Shown: piece by piece, positions 1 through 9,125 of the stretch
Layout: every line of letters starts with the position of its first letter
How positions within the stretch are numbered: the first letter of the stretch is position 1
Assembly (NCBI RefSeq): GCF_032550495.1
Contig: NZ_JAWFZJ010000004.1
Location: 42,150-106,149, forward strand
Length of the DNA stretch: 64,000 nt
Source: Veillonella parvula
Lineage (GTDB): Bacteria; Bacillota; Negativicutes; Veillonellales; Veillonellaceae
Direction: 5' to 3'
Position numbers and translations under genes: made by a program
The notes under the pieces: model-generated
Databases searched by the model: none
What the model was told of the DNA's origin: nothing
Seen by the model: the letters and a program-made list of their open reading frames with translations, nothing else

Positions 1-1028
1 TAGCCTGTGGTTTCACCCGGTTGTGTCATAACATTAGCAATATAGATTTTATTAGCCTTACTGGCACGTACATGAGAGGCCAATTTATCAGTTAGTAAAT
101 TTGGGATAATACTTGTATATAAACTACCAGGACCTAAAATAATTACATCCGCTTCATCAATGGCACGTAATGCAGCCCCCTCTGGCTTAGGCAATGCTGG
201 ATCACTATAGATATGACGAATTCGTTTACCCGAGTGTGGTATATTACTTTCACCTTCTACAATAGTACCATCTGTCATCTCTGCACGTAATTTAATGAAC
301 TCTGTAGAGGAAGGAATTACACGACCACGGACACGCAACAATTTACTAGCCGCTTCAAGAGCTTCTTCAATATCTCCATCGTAAACTTGAGCGAGCGCAG
401 TGATAAAGAGATTACCAAAGCTGTGTCCAGAAAGCTCATTTTCCCCTTCGAAGCGGTAACGGAATAAGTTCTCCATTACCCCTTCTTGTTCAGCTAGTGA
501 TACTAAACAGTTTCTTAAATCACCAGGTGCTATCATTTGAAAATCTTCTCGCAAGCGGCCAGAAGAACCTCCATCATCAGCAACTGTTACAATCGCAGAT
601 AGGTTTGATGTATGTGATTTCAAACCACGCAATAAATTTGATAAGCCTGTACCCCCACCGATTACTACAATTTTAGGGCCCTTATCGAGTCGGATATTTT
701 GAAAGATAATATCCGATACCTTGCTGTCAGGATTAGGTAGTACCGCACGAATAATCGTTTTTATAACTTTACTTGTACCTATGAGCATTAATACAGCGCC
801 AATCGATAATACTACAGCCCCTACAGCAATGAGTACATTATAATTGTAAAAGCCCGTCATATTATAAGAAAAGGCAAGTACAATATCTTCAAGAACCGCA
901 AGCCATTGATAGTTAAACATCAAGGAAATGCCAATAATTAAAAGACCTACACCACAACTAAATAGGGCAAGCCAACGTTTTATATTTAGACCCGGAATTA
1001 GCCACCGGAACCATCCTTTTCGCAACAT
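1..1028 (-). CDS. yvcK: YvcK-type gluconeogenesis factor (CofD-like, UPF0052); 3' end runs off the window
   Basis: Not in the ORF track because it is truncated. Manual translation from ATG 1026-1028 gives MLRKGWFRWLIPGLNIKRWL..., then KIVVIGGGTGLSNLLRGLK and VADDGGSSGRLR motifs. It follows rapZ as in the Firmicute yvcJ-yvcK-whiA operon. Confidence 0.85.
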   Translation of the reverse strand, partial: MLRKGWFRWLIPGLNIKRWLALFSCGVGLLIIGISLMFNYQWLAVLEDIVLAFSYNMTGFYNYNVLIAVGAVVLSIGAVLMLIGTSKVIKTIIRAVLPNPDSKVSDIIFQNIRLDKGPKIVVIGGGTGLSNLLRGLKSHTSNLSAIVTVADDGGSSGRLREDFQMIAPGDLRNCLVSLAEQEGVMENLFRYRFEGENELSGHSFGNLFITALAQVYDGDIEEALEAASKLLRVRGRVIPSSTEFIKLRAEMTDGTIVEGESNIPHSGKRIRHIYSDPALPKPEGAALRAIDEADVIILGPGSLYTSIIPNLLTDKLASHVRASKANKIYIANVMTQPGETTG

Positions 1029-1040
1029 AATCCCCCCTAT

Positions 1041-1955
1041 CTAGTTATCAAGTGTTATAATTTCATGAGGATTATAATCTTCTTCTACATTATTTTTCAT
1101 CATATCTCTATGTTCAACAGTGACACGATATCCTTTTTCTAACAAGTGGGAATATAGAGCCTCTGCCATAGCTACAGATCTATGCATACCACCTGTACAG
1201 CCTACTGCCACAATAAATTGAGATTTTCCTTCTTGTTCATAATTTGGCACAAGAAAATCCATAGTATCAAAGTAACGTCTTTTAAATTCCTCTGTTACTT
1301 CAAAGGAATGAATATATTCATTCACTGCTTTTACACGACCTGTTTTATGACGAAACTCAGGAATATAAAATGGATTAGGTAGAAAACGAACATCCCATAC
1401 CATATCTGCATCGAGAGGAATACCATACTTAAAACCAAAGCTCACTACAGTAATAGCCATACCATGAGCTTCATCAACTTGAGCAAAGCGCGTTTTTAAA
1501 TACTCTTTCAAGCTGGCTGTTTTCATATTAGTGGTATCAATAATAAAATCTGCTTTATGGCGCACAGAGTTAAGAATTTGGCGTTCCTTCTTTAGCCCTG
1601 TTGTAATCAGCCCATTAGGAGCCAATGGATGACTCCGTCGACTTTCCTTATATCGACGAATCAAAGTCTCATCTGTAGCATCCATAAATACAATTTCAAA
1701 ATCTACCTTCATATCTTTTAATGTATCTAAAGATGAAGAAAGAGCTTCAAAAAATTCGCCCCCCCGAATATCTACAACAAGAGCAACACGATTAGTCCGT
1801 TCTCCACCTTGTCGGCAAATTTCACTTAATTTAGGGATCAGCACAGGGGGAATATTATCAATACATAAATACCCCATATCTTCTAAAGCTTGCAATACCT
1901 GAGTTTTGCCGGCACCTGACATGCCTGTAACTATTAACAAACGAAATGCTTCCAT
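1041..1955 (-). CDS. rapZ: RNase adapter / nucleotide-binding protein RapZ (YvcJ)
   Basis: 304 aa. N-terminal P-loop LLIVTGMSGAGKT, full-length RapZ-like sequence, position upstream of yvcK. Confidence 0.9.
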   Translation of the reverse strand: MEAFRLLIVTGMSGAGKTQVLQALEDMGYLCIDNIPPVLIPKLSEICRQGGERTNRVALVVDIRGGEFFEALSSSLDTLKDMKVDFEIVFMDATDETLIRRYKESRRSHPLAPNGLITTGLKKERQILNSVRHKADFIIDTTNMKTASLKEYLKTRFAQVDEAHGMAITVVSFGFKYGIPLDADMVWDVRFLPNPFYIPEFRHKTGRVKAVNEYIHSFEVTEEFKRRYFDTMDFLVPNYEQEGKSQFIVAVGCTGGMHRSVAMAEALYSHLLEKGYRVTVEHRDMMKNNVEEDYNPHEIITLDN

Positions 1956-1967
1956 AGTTTTACTCCA

Positions 1968-2780
1968 TTATAAAAGATTATCTTCAATCCAATGGGCTAC
2001 GCCATCGTCATTATGGTGGCCACAAATTGTATGAGCCACAGATTTTACATGATCTGTAGCGTTTTCAACGGCTACAGAATAACCTGTTTTACGTAGCATA
2101 GAAATATCATTTTCTGCATTACCAAAAGAAACGATATTTTTTAAACTAATATGATTATCTAAAGCTAGTTGTGTCAAGGCACGCCCTTTTGACACATTAG
2201 GGGCAATGAGTTCTAAAAAGTCTTTTTGGCTACGAACTAGAGTCACCAAATCACCAACTCTAGGAGTTAAAATTTCAATAATTCGGTCAATTCCTTCTAC
2301 TGTATCTATGGCAATTAGCTTATTCGGTTCGGAGTTTAAACTATATAACGTATCACCTAAAAATTCTGCCGTAGCACCAGTCTGTTTTTCATAGAGAGCA
2401 GACTGCCACGTCTTATGATGGCATAGTAAATAATCATCCACATAAGATTGTATATGCCAATCATATTGTTTTGCTAATTCATAAATACGACGTACGGCTA
2501 CAATAGGAACAGTCTGTTCAAATAGTTTATATCCTGTTTCTAATTCTTGAATGAGGCCACCAGAAAATAAAATCAGCGGCACATTACCAAGCTTTAACGC
2601 CTGACCAATGGGCTTAGCCGTTTGGTACATACGCCCCGTAGCAATCGTAATAGCAACACCCTTTTGCTGCAACCGATGTAATACATCTACTGTATAGTCA
2701 GATATAGAATTATCGCTACGCACCAAAGTTTCATCACAATCGATGGCAACCATTTTGATATGAGAAAAAGAAGAATTCAT
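1968..2780 (-). CDS. Cof-type HAD-IIB family hydrolase (sugar phosphatase-like)
   Basis: 270 aa. DxD motif in VAIDCDETL and C-terminal GNAENDISM motif typical of Cof/YidA-type HAD phosphatases. Confidence 0.8.
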   Translation of the reverse strand: MNSSFSHIKMVAIDCDETLVRSDNSISDYTVDVLHRLQQKGVAITIATGRMYQTAKPIGQALKLGNVPLILFSGGLIQELETGYKLFEQTVPIVAVRRIYELAKQYDWHIQSYVDDYLLCHHKTWQSALYEKQTGATAEFLGDTLYSLNSEPNKLIAIDTVEGIDRIIEILTPRVGDLVTLVRSQKDFLELIAPNVSKGRALTQLALDNHISLKNIVSFGNAENDISMLRKTGYSVAVENATDHVKSVAHTICGHHNDDGVAHWIEDNLL

Positions 2781-2815
2781 GTTTGTCGCCTTTATAGAAA
2801 TTTTAAATACTCTTT

Positions 2816-2824
2816 ATTATACCA
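2816..2824 (-). promoter_or_regulatory. Extended -10 promoter element (TGGTATAAT) for the HAD-rapZ-yvcK operon
   Basis: The minus strand reads TGGTATAAT about 36 nt upstream of ATG 2780. No good -35 element. Confidence 0.4.
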
Positions 2825-3008
2825 TTAATAGTGGCACTATAGATAGAAATAAGCGGTAATAACCCTAATAATGATAAGAAAGTTTACTCATGGAAATTTC
2901 ATTAAATGCAAAATCCTCTATTATCGACAAATCATTCTATATTAATTGAGTAGACAGCATTAATGAAACACTATAATAAAAAGCCTCATATAATTTTATA
3001 TTAAACAC

Positions 3009-3038
3009 AAAAAAGAGACCCCCGAAGGAGTCTCTTTC
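3009..3038 (-). terminator. Rho-independent terminator of ompM copy 1
   Basis: Minus strand GAAAGAGACUCCUUCGGGGGUCUCUUUUUU: GC stem, cUUCGg tetraloop, U6 tract, 18 nt after the stop codon. Confidence 0.85.
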
Positions 3039-3056
3039 GTATGAGTAACTATCAAA

Positions 3057-4262
3057 TTAGAATTTGTAGTTAAGGTCTGCACGGTAGAAGTCAGCTTTAT
3101 CATTACCGTTTTGATCTTTCCAATCAAAACCGTAGTTAGCTGTTAAGCCTACGTTGTTTTGCAATGCATAGTCAACAGTTGCCATCCAACCTTTAGCATC
3201 TGTAGTGTAGATGTGGTTGTAAGTAGTATCAATGATAGGAGCATTTTCTTTTGCGTTGAAGTATTGACCTTTTACGCCCCAAGTACCTTGTTTTTTGATG
3301 TCGTAGTTACCATAACCTACGCCAGCTGTCCAAGCTTGAGATTCTTCAAGGCTAGAAGCTTTCAACCATTCGCCACCAACCCAAATTTTATCGAAGTTAG
3401 CATCAGCATTGAAACCATATACGTTTCTAACATCATCATCTTGGTTAATACGGTCATAGAAACCACCAACCATAGCATGTTTACCAACTTTACCATTAAC
3501 ATTTACGATAAGATCAGTAACATTTTCCTCTTTAGTCAAGCCAGTTGCATCGCCAGATACCATGTAACCATAAGCTACTTGTGCATTAACTTTGTCATTA
3601 CCAGCATTGAATTGAGCACCATCAAAAGTACCATCAAATGCTAAGCCACCACCAACAACTTGACCGAAACGGCCAGCTTTCAAGGATACGCGTTCACCGA
3701 ATTTATGGTTAACATATGCGCGATCGATTGTAGCATTTGCGTTACCTTCAGTAGTGGAGTTACCCAATTCGAAGTTACCAGAAGTCAAACGAACTACTGC
3801 ATCAGTGCGATCATTTACTTTTGCGTTGAATTGTACACGTGCACGAGCGTCGAATTTGGATTTAGCATGTTCAGCATCTTTATAACGAAGACGAGCATCA
3901 CCAGTAACTTTTACGTTACCAACGCGGTCTTCCAAGCGAGCTACACGAACGCCCAAGTTGTTCAATTCGTTAGAGAATTCATCAGCCAAACGGTTGATCA
4001 TAGCTTGTTGTTCTGCGTTAGCGCGGTCTTGGTTAGCCATAGCTTTAGCTACCATTTGAGCCATTTCATAACGAGTGATGTTGTTTTGGCCTTTGAAAGT
4101 ACCATCAGGATAACCGTTAACGATACCAGCGTTTGCCAATTGAGAAACTGCTTGGTATGCCCAAGAATCTGGAGTTACGTCGGAGAATGGGTTAGCTGCG
4201 AAAGCTGTAGTTACACCCAATACTGCTGTTGCTGCAAAGATTGCTGCCAATTGTTTTTTCAT
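3057..4262 (-). CDS. ompM: OmpM-type outer-membrane porin with N-terminal SLH domain (copy 1)
   Basis: 401 aa. Signal peptide ending AFA|ANPF, SLH domain (FSDVTPDSWAYQAVSQLANAGIVNGYPDGTFKGQNNITRYEMAQMV), coiled-coil linker, beta-strand-rich C-terminal region ending LNYKF. Confidence 0.9.
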   Translation of the reverse strand: MKKQLAAIFAATAVLGVTTAFAANPFSDVTPDSWAYQAVSQLANAGIVNGYPDGTFKGQNNITRYEMAQMVAKAMANQDRANAEQQAMINRLADEFSNELNNLGVRVARLEDRVGNVKVTGDARLRYKDAEHAKSKFDARARVQFNAKVNDRTDAVVRLTSGNFELGNSTTEGNANATIDRAYVNHKFGERVSLKAGRFGQVVGGGLAFDGTFDGAQFNAGNDKVNAQVAYGYMVSGDATGLTKEENVTDLIVNVNGKVGKHAMVGGFYDRINQDDDVRNVYGFNADANFDKIWVGGEWLKASSLEESQAWTAGVGYGNYDIKKQGTWGVKGQYFNAKENAPIIDTTYNHIYTTDAKGWMATVDYALQNNVGLTANYGFDWKDQNGNDKADFYRADLNYKF

Positions 4263-4354
4263 AGTTGAATTCCTTCTTTCTGAAAAAAATAGAAAATAAA
4301 ATGTTACAAGTCATAACATTCACATTCTACTCGTTCTTCAGATTAAGAATGTAT

Positions 4355-4374
4355 AGGAGTGTCCACGTTTCCTC
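4355..4374 (-). promoter_or_regulatory. Conserved 20-nt leader box GAGGAAACRUGGACACUCCU in the ompM copy 1 5' UTR
   Basis: The same box is present at 6176-6195 and 8041-8060, 87-112 nt upstream of each ompM start. It contains an SD-like GAGGA, a start codon and an anti-SD-like CUCCU. Confidence 0.5.
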
Positions 4375-4430
4375 ACCATACTCTACATCGAAGATCTTCA
4401 TTTCATGTATATATCATGACCTGTACGGTG

Positions 4431-4459
4431 ATAGTATCACAACCTTTTTTCTATGTAAA
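4431..4459 (-). promoter_or_regulatory. SigA-type promoter of ompM copy 1
   Basis: Minus strand TTTACA-17 nt-TACTAT with TG at the extended -10 position. The same architecture recurs upstream of the other two copies. Confidence 0.6.
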
Positions 4460-4771
4460 GCCTTAACACCTATATTCAGCCTTATTACTGAATATTCTCT
4501 ATTTTAAAAATTTCATGAATGCAGTAAAAATCTAACTTCATGAACATTTTTTCATTTTATAGTTTTATACAAAAAATTTTTATTAGATTTAAAATCTCAA
4601 TTTTACATTAGTATTGTTAATTAATTAAATATATATTCACTAATGTAAAGAATAAATCTAAAGCTATATTATCATTATATTTATTTGCTAGAAAAGAATA
4701 TCCTACTTACTCTTTATATTAAATTGATAATGCTCTAAGCTATTCACCGTGTATATTAATCTTCAATCTAC

Positions 4772-4801
4772 AAAAAAAGAGACTCCCGAAGGAGTCTCTT
4801 T
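4772..4801 (-). terminator. Rho-independent terminator of ompM copy 2
   Basis: Minus strand AGAGACUCCUUCGGGAGUCUCU followed by U7. Perfect 9-bp stem with a UUCG tetraloop. Confidence 0.9.
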
Positions 4802-4820
4802 CATATGACTAACTATCAAA

Positions 4821-6083
4821 TTAGAATTTGTAGTTAAGGTCAGCACGGTAGAAGTTATCTAATTTATCACCGTCTTGATCTTTCCAGTTGAAGCCGTAGT
4901 TAGCGGACAAGCCTACGTTATTTTGTAAAGCGTAGTCAACGGAAGCCATCCAACCTTTAGCATCTGTAGTATATAAGTGGTTATAAGTTGTATCTACGAT
5001 AGGAGCATTTTCTTTTGCGTTGAAGTATTGACCTTTTACGCCCCAAGTACCTTGTTTTTTGATGTCATAGTTACCAAAACCTACGCCTGCAGTCCAAGCT
5101 TGAGATTCATCAACGTTAGAAGCTTTCAACCATTCGCCACCAACCCAAACTTTATCGAAGTTAGCATCAGCGTTGAAACCATAGATATTTTTGTAACCAG
5201 AATCTTGGTTTACACGATCGTAGAAACCACCCAATGTAGTGTTTTTACCTACTTTACCATTTAAGCCTACATATGTATGAGTTACATTATCAGATTTAGA
5301 TAAGGAGTTATTCCATACAATATCACCAGTATCAGGGTCAACTTTTGTTTTGCCATTAAGCATACCAATGTCACCAGATACCATGTAACCATATGCAGCT
5401 TGGAAGTTTACTTTATCATTACCAGCATTAAATTGAGCACCATCGAAAGTACCATCAAATGCTAAGCCACCACCAAGAACTTGGTTAAAACGGCCAGCTT
5501 TCAAGGATACGCGTTCACCGAATTTATGGTTAACATATGCACGGTCGATTGTAGCATTTGAATTACCTTCAGTTTTGGAGTCACCCAATTCGAAGTTACC
5601 AGAAGTCAAACGAACAACTGCATCAGTGCGATCGTTTACTTTTGCGTTGAATTGTACACGTGCACGAGCATCGAATTTGGATTTAGCATCTTGAGCATCA
5701 CGGTAACGAAGACGAGCATCACCAGTAACTTTTACATTACCAACGCGGTCTTCCAAGCGAGCTACACGAACGCCCAAGTTGTTCAATTCGTTGGAGAATT
5801 CATCAGCCAAACGGTTGATCATAGCTTGTTGTTCAGCATTAGCACGGTCTTGGTTAGCCATAGCTTTAGCTACCATTTGAGCCATTTCGTAACGAGTAAT
5901 GTTGTTTTGACCTTTGAAAGTGCCATCTGGGTAACCATTGATAACACCAGCGTTAGCCAATTGAGAAACTGCTTGGTACGCCCAAGAATCTGGAGTTACA
6001 TCGGAGAATGGGTTAGCTGCGAATGCAGTAGTTACACCCAAAACTGCTGTTGCTGCAAAGATTGCTGCGAATTGTTTTTTCAT
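4821..6083 (-). CDS. ompM: OmpM-type SLH-domain outer-membrane porin (copy 2)
   Basis: 420 aa. I count 13 substitutions against copy 1 over the first 238 residues. One internal segment (aa 239-272) is longer and unrelated. Ends LNYKF. Confidence 0.9.
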   Translation of the reverse strand: MKKQFAAIFAATAVLGVTTAFAANPFSDVTPDSWAYQAVSQLANAGVINGYPDGTFKGQNNITRYEMAQMVAKAMANQDRANAEQQAMINRLADEFSNELNNLGVRVARLEDRVGNVKVTGDARLRYRDAQDAKSKFDARARVQFNAKVNDRTDAVVRLTSGNFELGDSKTEGNSNATIDRAYVNHKFGERVSLKAGRFNQVLGGGLAFDGTFDGAQFNAGNDKVNFQAAYGYMVSGDIGMLNGKTKVDPDTGDIVWNNSLSKSDNVTHTYVGLNGKVGKNTTLGGFYDRVNQDSGYKNIYGFNADANFDKVWVGGEWLKASNVDESQAWTAGVGFGNYDIKKQGTWGVKGQYFNAKENAPIVDTTYNHLYTTDAKGWMASVDYALQNNVGLSANYGFNWKDQDGDKLDNFYRADLNYKF

Positions 6084-6175
6084 AGTTGAATTCCTTCTTT
6101 CTGAAAAAAATAGAAAATAAAATGTTTCAAGTCATAACATTCATATTCTACTCAGCTCTTCAGATTAAGAATTTC

Positions 6176-6195
6176 AGGAGTGTCCATGTTTCCTC
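6176..6195 (-). promoter_or_regulatory. Conserved leader box in the ompM copy 2 5' UTR
   Basis: GAGGAAACAUGGACACUCCU on the minus strand. See 4355-4374. Confidence 0.5.
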
Positions 6196-6251
6196 GCTAT
6201 ATTCTACATCGAAGTTCTTCGTTTCATATGTTTGCTACTTCTTGTACGGTG

Positions 6252-6280
6252 ATATTAGCACAACCATTTTTTCATGTAAA
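6252..6280 (-). promoter_or_regulatory. SigA-type promoter of ompM copy 2
   Basis: Minus strand TTTACA-17 nt-TAATAT preceded by TGC (extended -10). Confidence 0.6.
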
Positions 6281-6646
6281 CCCTTTTTTCTCAATTGTAT
6301 TCTCAATATCTTATTTTTATAACTTAAAGTATCTTCAAGATTAGATTATATCTAGTTTTATAGGGTATAACTTTTTTCATAAAAAAATTTAATTTTATAT
6401 CCCTTTCTATTAATTGAGAATTTTTATTATATTTTTTATTAAGTTAAACTTATTAATATATATATAATTAATAAGAAATTTATCGTCCTATACAGAAAGA
6501 TTTTATAAATATATCCTATAATATAAGGGATATAATTCTTAATAACCACTAAATTATTCGATTACTTTTAATATTATGTATTTATAAAACATTTTACTAT
6601 ATATATATTATTATATATAAAATAATTCATAATACTTTTATGCAAC

Positions 6647-6677
6647 AAAAAAAAAGACTTCCGAAGAAGTCTTTTTT
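6647..6677 (-). terminator. Rho-independent terminator of ompM copy 3
   Basis: Minus strand AAAGACUUCUUCGGAAGUCUUUUUUUUU: UUCG tetraloop hairpin with a long U tract. Confidence 0.85.
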
Positions 6678-6691
6678 TGTTTGTGAGGGAA

Positions 6692-7954
6692 TTAGAATTT
6701 GTAATTTAATTCTGCACGATAGAAATCGGAAAGATCATTACCGCTTTGGTCTTTAGAGTTGAAACCATAACCTGCGGATAAACCTACGTTATCTTGTACT
6801 GCGTAGTCTACGCTAGCCATGTAACCTTTGTAACCATTAGATGTATTTGTTAAATCATATGCTTGATCCCAAGTGGAACTTACAATTGGTGCATTAGCTT
6901 TTTGGTTGAAGTATTGACCTTTCACATCCCATGTACCTTTTTTAGCGATGTCGTAGTTACCATAGCCAAGACCTGCTGTCCAAGCTTGAGAATTATCTAC
7001 GTTGGAAGCTTTCAACCATTCACCGCCAGCCCACAATTTATTTTTACGGAAGTCCGCATTGAAACCGTAAACATCTTGTTTATCGGAATTAACTGTTACA
7101 CCATTGTGGTTCAAGTTGCCGCTAGATAATCTGGAATAGAAACCACCAACGGAGGATTCTTTACCAACTTTACCTTTTAAGCCTACATAGGATACAGATG
7201 GGTTATCAGATTTGGAGTTGCCATCAGCAGCACCATCAATCATATAACCATATGCACCTTGTACTTGAACTTTATCATTACCTACATTCAATTGTGCACC
7301 ATCAAATGTATCATCGTACATCAAACCGCCACCAATTGTTTGTTGGAAACGACCAGCTTTAGCAGATACGTTGCTACCAAATTTGTGATCCACGTAAGCA
7401 CGATCGATTGTTGCTTGAGAACCTTTAGTAGAGTCACCAAATTCGTAATTACCTTTTACACGAACAACTGCTTGTGTTTTATCATTTACATTAGCATTAA
7501 ATTGTACACGTGCACGGCCGTCAGTTAAAGATTTACTATTAGCTTTGTAAACACCTTTGTCTTCAGAACCTTGGTAACGGATACGGGCATCACCAGTTAC
7601 CTTTACATTACCTACACGGTCTTCTAAGCGAGATACTCGAACGCCGAGGTTGTTCAACTCATTAGAGAACTCATCTGCCAAGCGGTTAATCATAGCTTGT
7701 TGTTCAGCGTTAGCACGATCTTGGTTAGCCATAGCTTTAGCTACCATTTGAGCCATTTCATAACGAGTGATATTGTTTTGGCCTTTGAAAGTGCCATCTG
7801 GATAACCATTAACGATACCAGCTTGTGCTAATTGGGATACTGCTTGGTATGCCCAACTATCTGGAGTTACATCGGAGAATGGATTTGCAGCAAATGCTAT
7901 TGTTACACCTAACACTGCTGTTGCTGCTAACATTGTTGCGAATTGTTTTTTCAT
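6692..7954 (-). CDS. ompM: OmpM-type SLH-domain outer-membrane porin (copy 3, more divergent barrel)
   Basis: I place the start at ATG 7952-7954 (MKKQFATMLAA...), preceded by the same AGAAGGAA SD as the other copies. The ORF-track extension to 8008 has no RBS. SLH and coiled-coil regions are nearly identical to copies 1 and 2. Ends LNYKF. Confidence 0.88.
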   Translation of the reverse strand: MKKQFATMLAATAVLGVTIAFAANPFSDVTPDSWAYQAVSQLAQAGIVNGYPDGTFKGQNNITRYEMAQMVAKAMANQDRANAEQQAMINRLADEFSNELNNLGVRVSRLEDRVGNVKVTGDARIRYQGSEDKGVYKANSKSLTDGRARVQFNANVNDKTQAVVRVKGNYEFGDSTKGSQATIDRAYVDHKFGSNVSAKAGRFQQTIGGGLMYDDTFDGAQLNVGNDKVQVQGAYGYMIDGAADGNSKSDNPSVSYVGLKGKVGKESSVGGFYSRLSSGNLNHNGVTVNSDKQDVYGFNADFRKNKLWAGGEWLKASNVDNSQAWTAGLGYGNYDIAKKGTWDVKGQYFNQKANAPIVSSTWDQAYDLTNTSNGYKGYMASVDYAVQDNVGLSAGYGFNSKDQSGNDLSDFYRAELNYKF

Positions 7955-8040
7955 AATGAATTCCTTCTTTCTTATAAATAAGAATTTATATTTGCAGAAG
8001 ACATTCACTACATAAGTAGTATCACTATGAAAGATGTATT

Positions 8041-8060
8041 AGGAGTGTCCATGTTTCCTC
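8041..8060 (-). promoter_or_regulatory. Conserved leader box in the ompM copy 3 5' UTR
   Basis: GAGGAAACAUGGACACUCCU on the minus strand. See 4355-4374. Confidence 0.5.
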
Positions 8061-8117
8061 AACTAAATTATCTATCTTAGCTCCACTTCTTTGTAGCGTA
8101 GCCTTTCTGTTGATGTG

Positions 8118-8146
8118 AATATACCACCACCCCAAAACTTTGTAAA
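8118..8146 (-). promoter_or_regulatory. SigA-type promoter of ompM copy 3
   Basis: Minus strand TTTACA-17 nt-TATATT preceded by TGG (extended -10). Confidence 0.6.
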
Positions 8147-8481
8147 GCATTTTACACAACTAAATTTTATGAAATTTCTTTCATGAATAAAAATTATACC
8201 AAAAACATAGATTATTACTGCATTTTTAAAAATTTAATTTTACAAAATTTCATTTTATAGTCTAAAAAAATAGATAATTTTATTATCTATAACCACAATT
8301 TTAATAATTATCACTTATTAAATTTAGATATACTTATAATTTATATTAATTCATTTGTTTGAATTATTTATTTTCTATAAGATTGATAAGTGATATATTT
8401 AGATTCGACCTAGCCGTCTTGCTAAATTTTATTTAGTATACATTTCACAAGATACAACATAACTTAATCCTTCTTAACTTA

Positions 8482-8521
8482 TAAAAAGCCTATCTACGAT
8501 GAAATTTATCGTAGATAGGCT
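8482..8521 (-). terminator. Rho-independent terminator after lepB
   Basis: Perfect 13-bp stem GCCUAUCUACGAU/AUCGUAGAUAGGC followed by U5 on the minus strand, 11 nt after the stop codon. Confidence 0.85.
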
Positions 8522-8531
8522 TTCACGATTA

Positions 8532-9116
8532 TTAAATTGCGTAAGAAACAAATCCTAGAATATGATCAACAGGAACTGGGCCGATAAAACGACTATCACT
8601 AGAGTGATTGCGATTATCCCCCATTACAAATACATGACCTTCAGGAACTGTTACAGGTGTAGACCGGGTATAATTCATTTTTGTATCTTTTGTATATGGT
8701 TCTTGTAATTTTTCTCCATTACGCCATACATAACCATCTTTAAACTCTAGTACATCACCAGGTCTACCTATTACACGTTTTACCCATACATCATTTGTTT
8801 GAGCGGATTTATTAAAAACAGATGCATAGTTCATCAGTGGTTCTTTTACATCATCCACCCATGTACGAACACGATTAACACGACTATCAATAATAACGAT
8901 TTGTCCATATTCGGGCATATCATTCATAATATGATGCCATTTGGTAACAATCAAATATTGTCCATTGTGTAATGTATCATCCATTGATTCCCCAGACACT
9001 CTAGTAGGTTGAATCAAGAAAATATGAATTACCATAGCAATGATTAATGCCAATGCAATAGCATAAATCCAATCTAATATTTCTTTTACTATTGTACTAC
9101 CTAATTTATTACTCAT
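8532..9116 (-). CDS. lepB: Signal peptidase I
   Basis: 194 aa. N-terminal TM helix, catalytic Ser box SGESM, Lys box VKRVIG, and GDNRNHSSDSR box. Confidence 0.9.
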   Translation of the reverse strand: MSNKLGSTIVKEILDWIYAIALALIIAMVIHIFLIQPTRVSGESMDDTLHNGQYLIVTKWHHIMNDMPEYGQIVIIDSRVNRVRTWVDDVKEPLMNYASVFNKSAQTNDVWVKRVIGRPGDVLEFKDGYVWRNGEKLQEPYTKDTKMNYTRSTPVTVPEGHVFVMGDNRNHSSDSRFIGPVPVDHILGFVSYAI

Positions 9117-9125
9117 AGTTTCCTC

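Larger units (their letters stand above)
3009..8146 (-). repeat. Tandem triplication of a unit made of promoter, ~160-nt leader, ompM and UUCG-loop terminator
   Basis: Three units of about 1.8-1.9 kb with the same architecture. Coding 5' halves and leaders are alignable at the nucleotide level by eye. Confidence 0.85.

Noticed and set aside
4265-6322. A pair of similar 78-80 aa plus-strand ORFs (4265-4507 and 6086-6322, both MNSFFLKKIENKM...) that might be a conserved small-protein gene.
   Set aside because: They are the reverse complement of the conserved ompM leaders and start with TTG inside the ompM SD region. Substitutions between the two are not biased toward synonymous changes. There is no equivalent ORF at copy 3. 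The similarity is explained by leader conservation.
6323-6646. Extremely AT-rich spacers upstream of the ompM promoters (also 4460-4771 and 8147-8481), checked for a CRISPR array, tandem repeats or small ORFs.
   Set aside because: They contain only irregular (TA)n/(A)n low-complexity runs. There are no regularly spaced direct repeats and no ORF with an RBS. They are more likely promoter-upstream curved DNA or spacers between duplicated units.
3159-7528. Plus-strand ORFs of 88-202 aa inside the ompM genes: 3159-3644, 3660-4268, 4977-5264, 5652-6089, 6863-7129 and 7259-7528.
   Set aside because: They are antisense shadow ORFs of strongly codon-biased genes. They recur only because the sense genes are paralogous. 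They have no RBS, and their Cys/Phe/Ser-rich sequences are not protein-like.
7955-8008. N-terminal extensions given by the ORF track for ompM copy 3. Similar extensions occur for yitT, the yqgF-like gene, lptA, the LpxL-like gene, msbA, tamB, tolC, serS and the CDF gene.
   Set aside because: In each case an internal ATG preceded by a good Shine-Dalgarno sequence gives an N-terminus that matches the family (signal peptide or known motif). The extended start lacks an RBS or lies inside the SD or the upstream gene.
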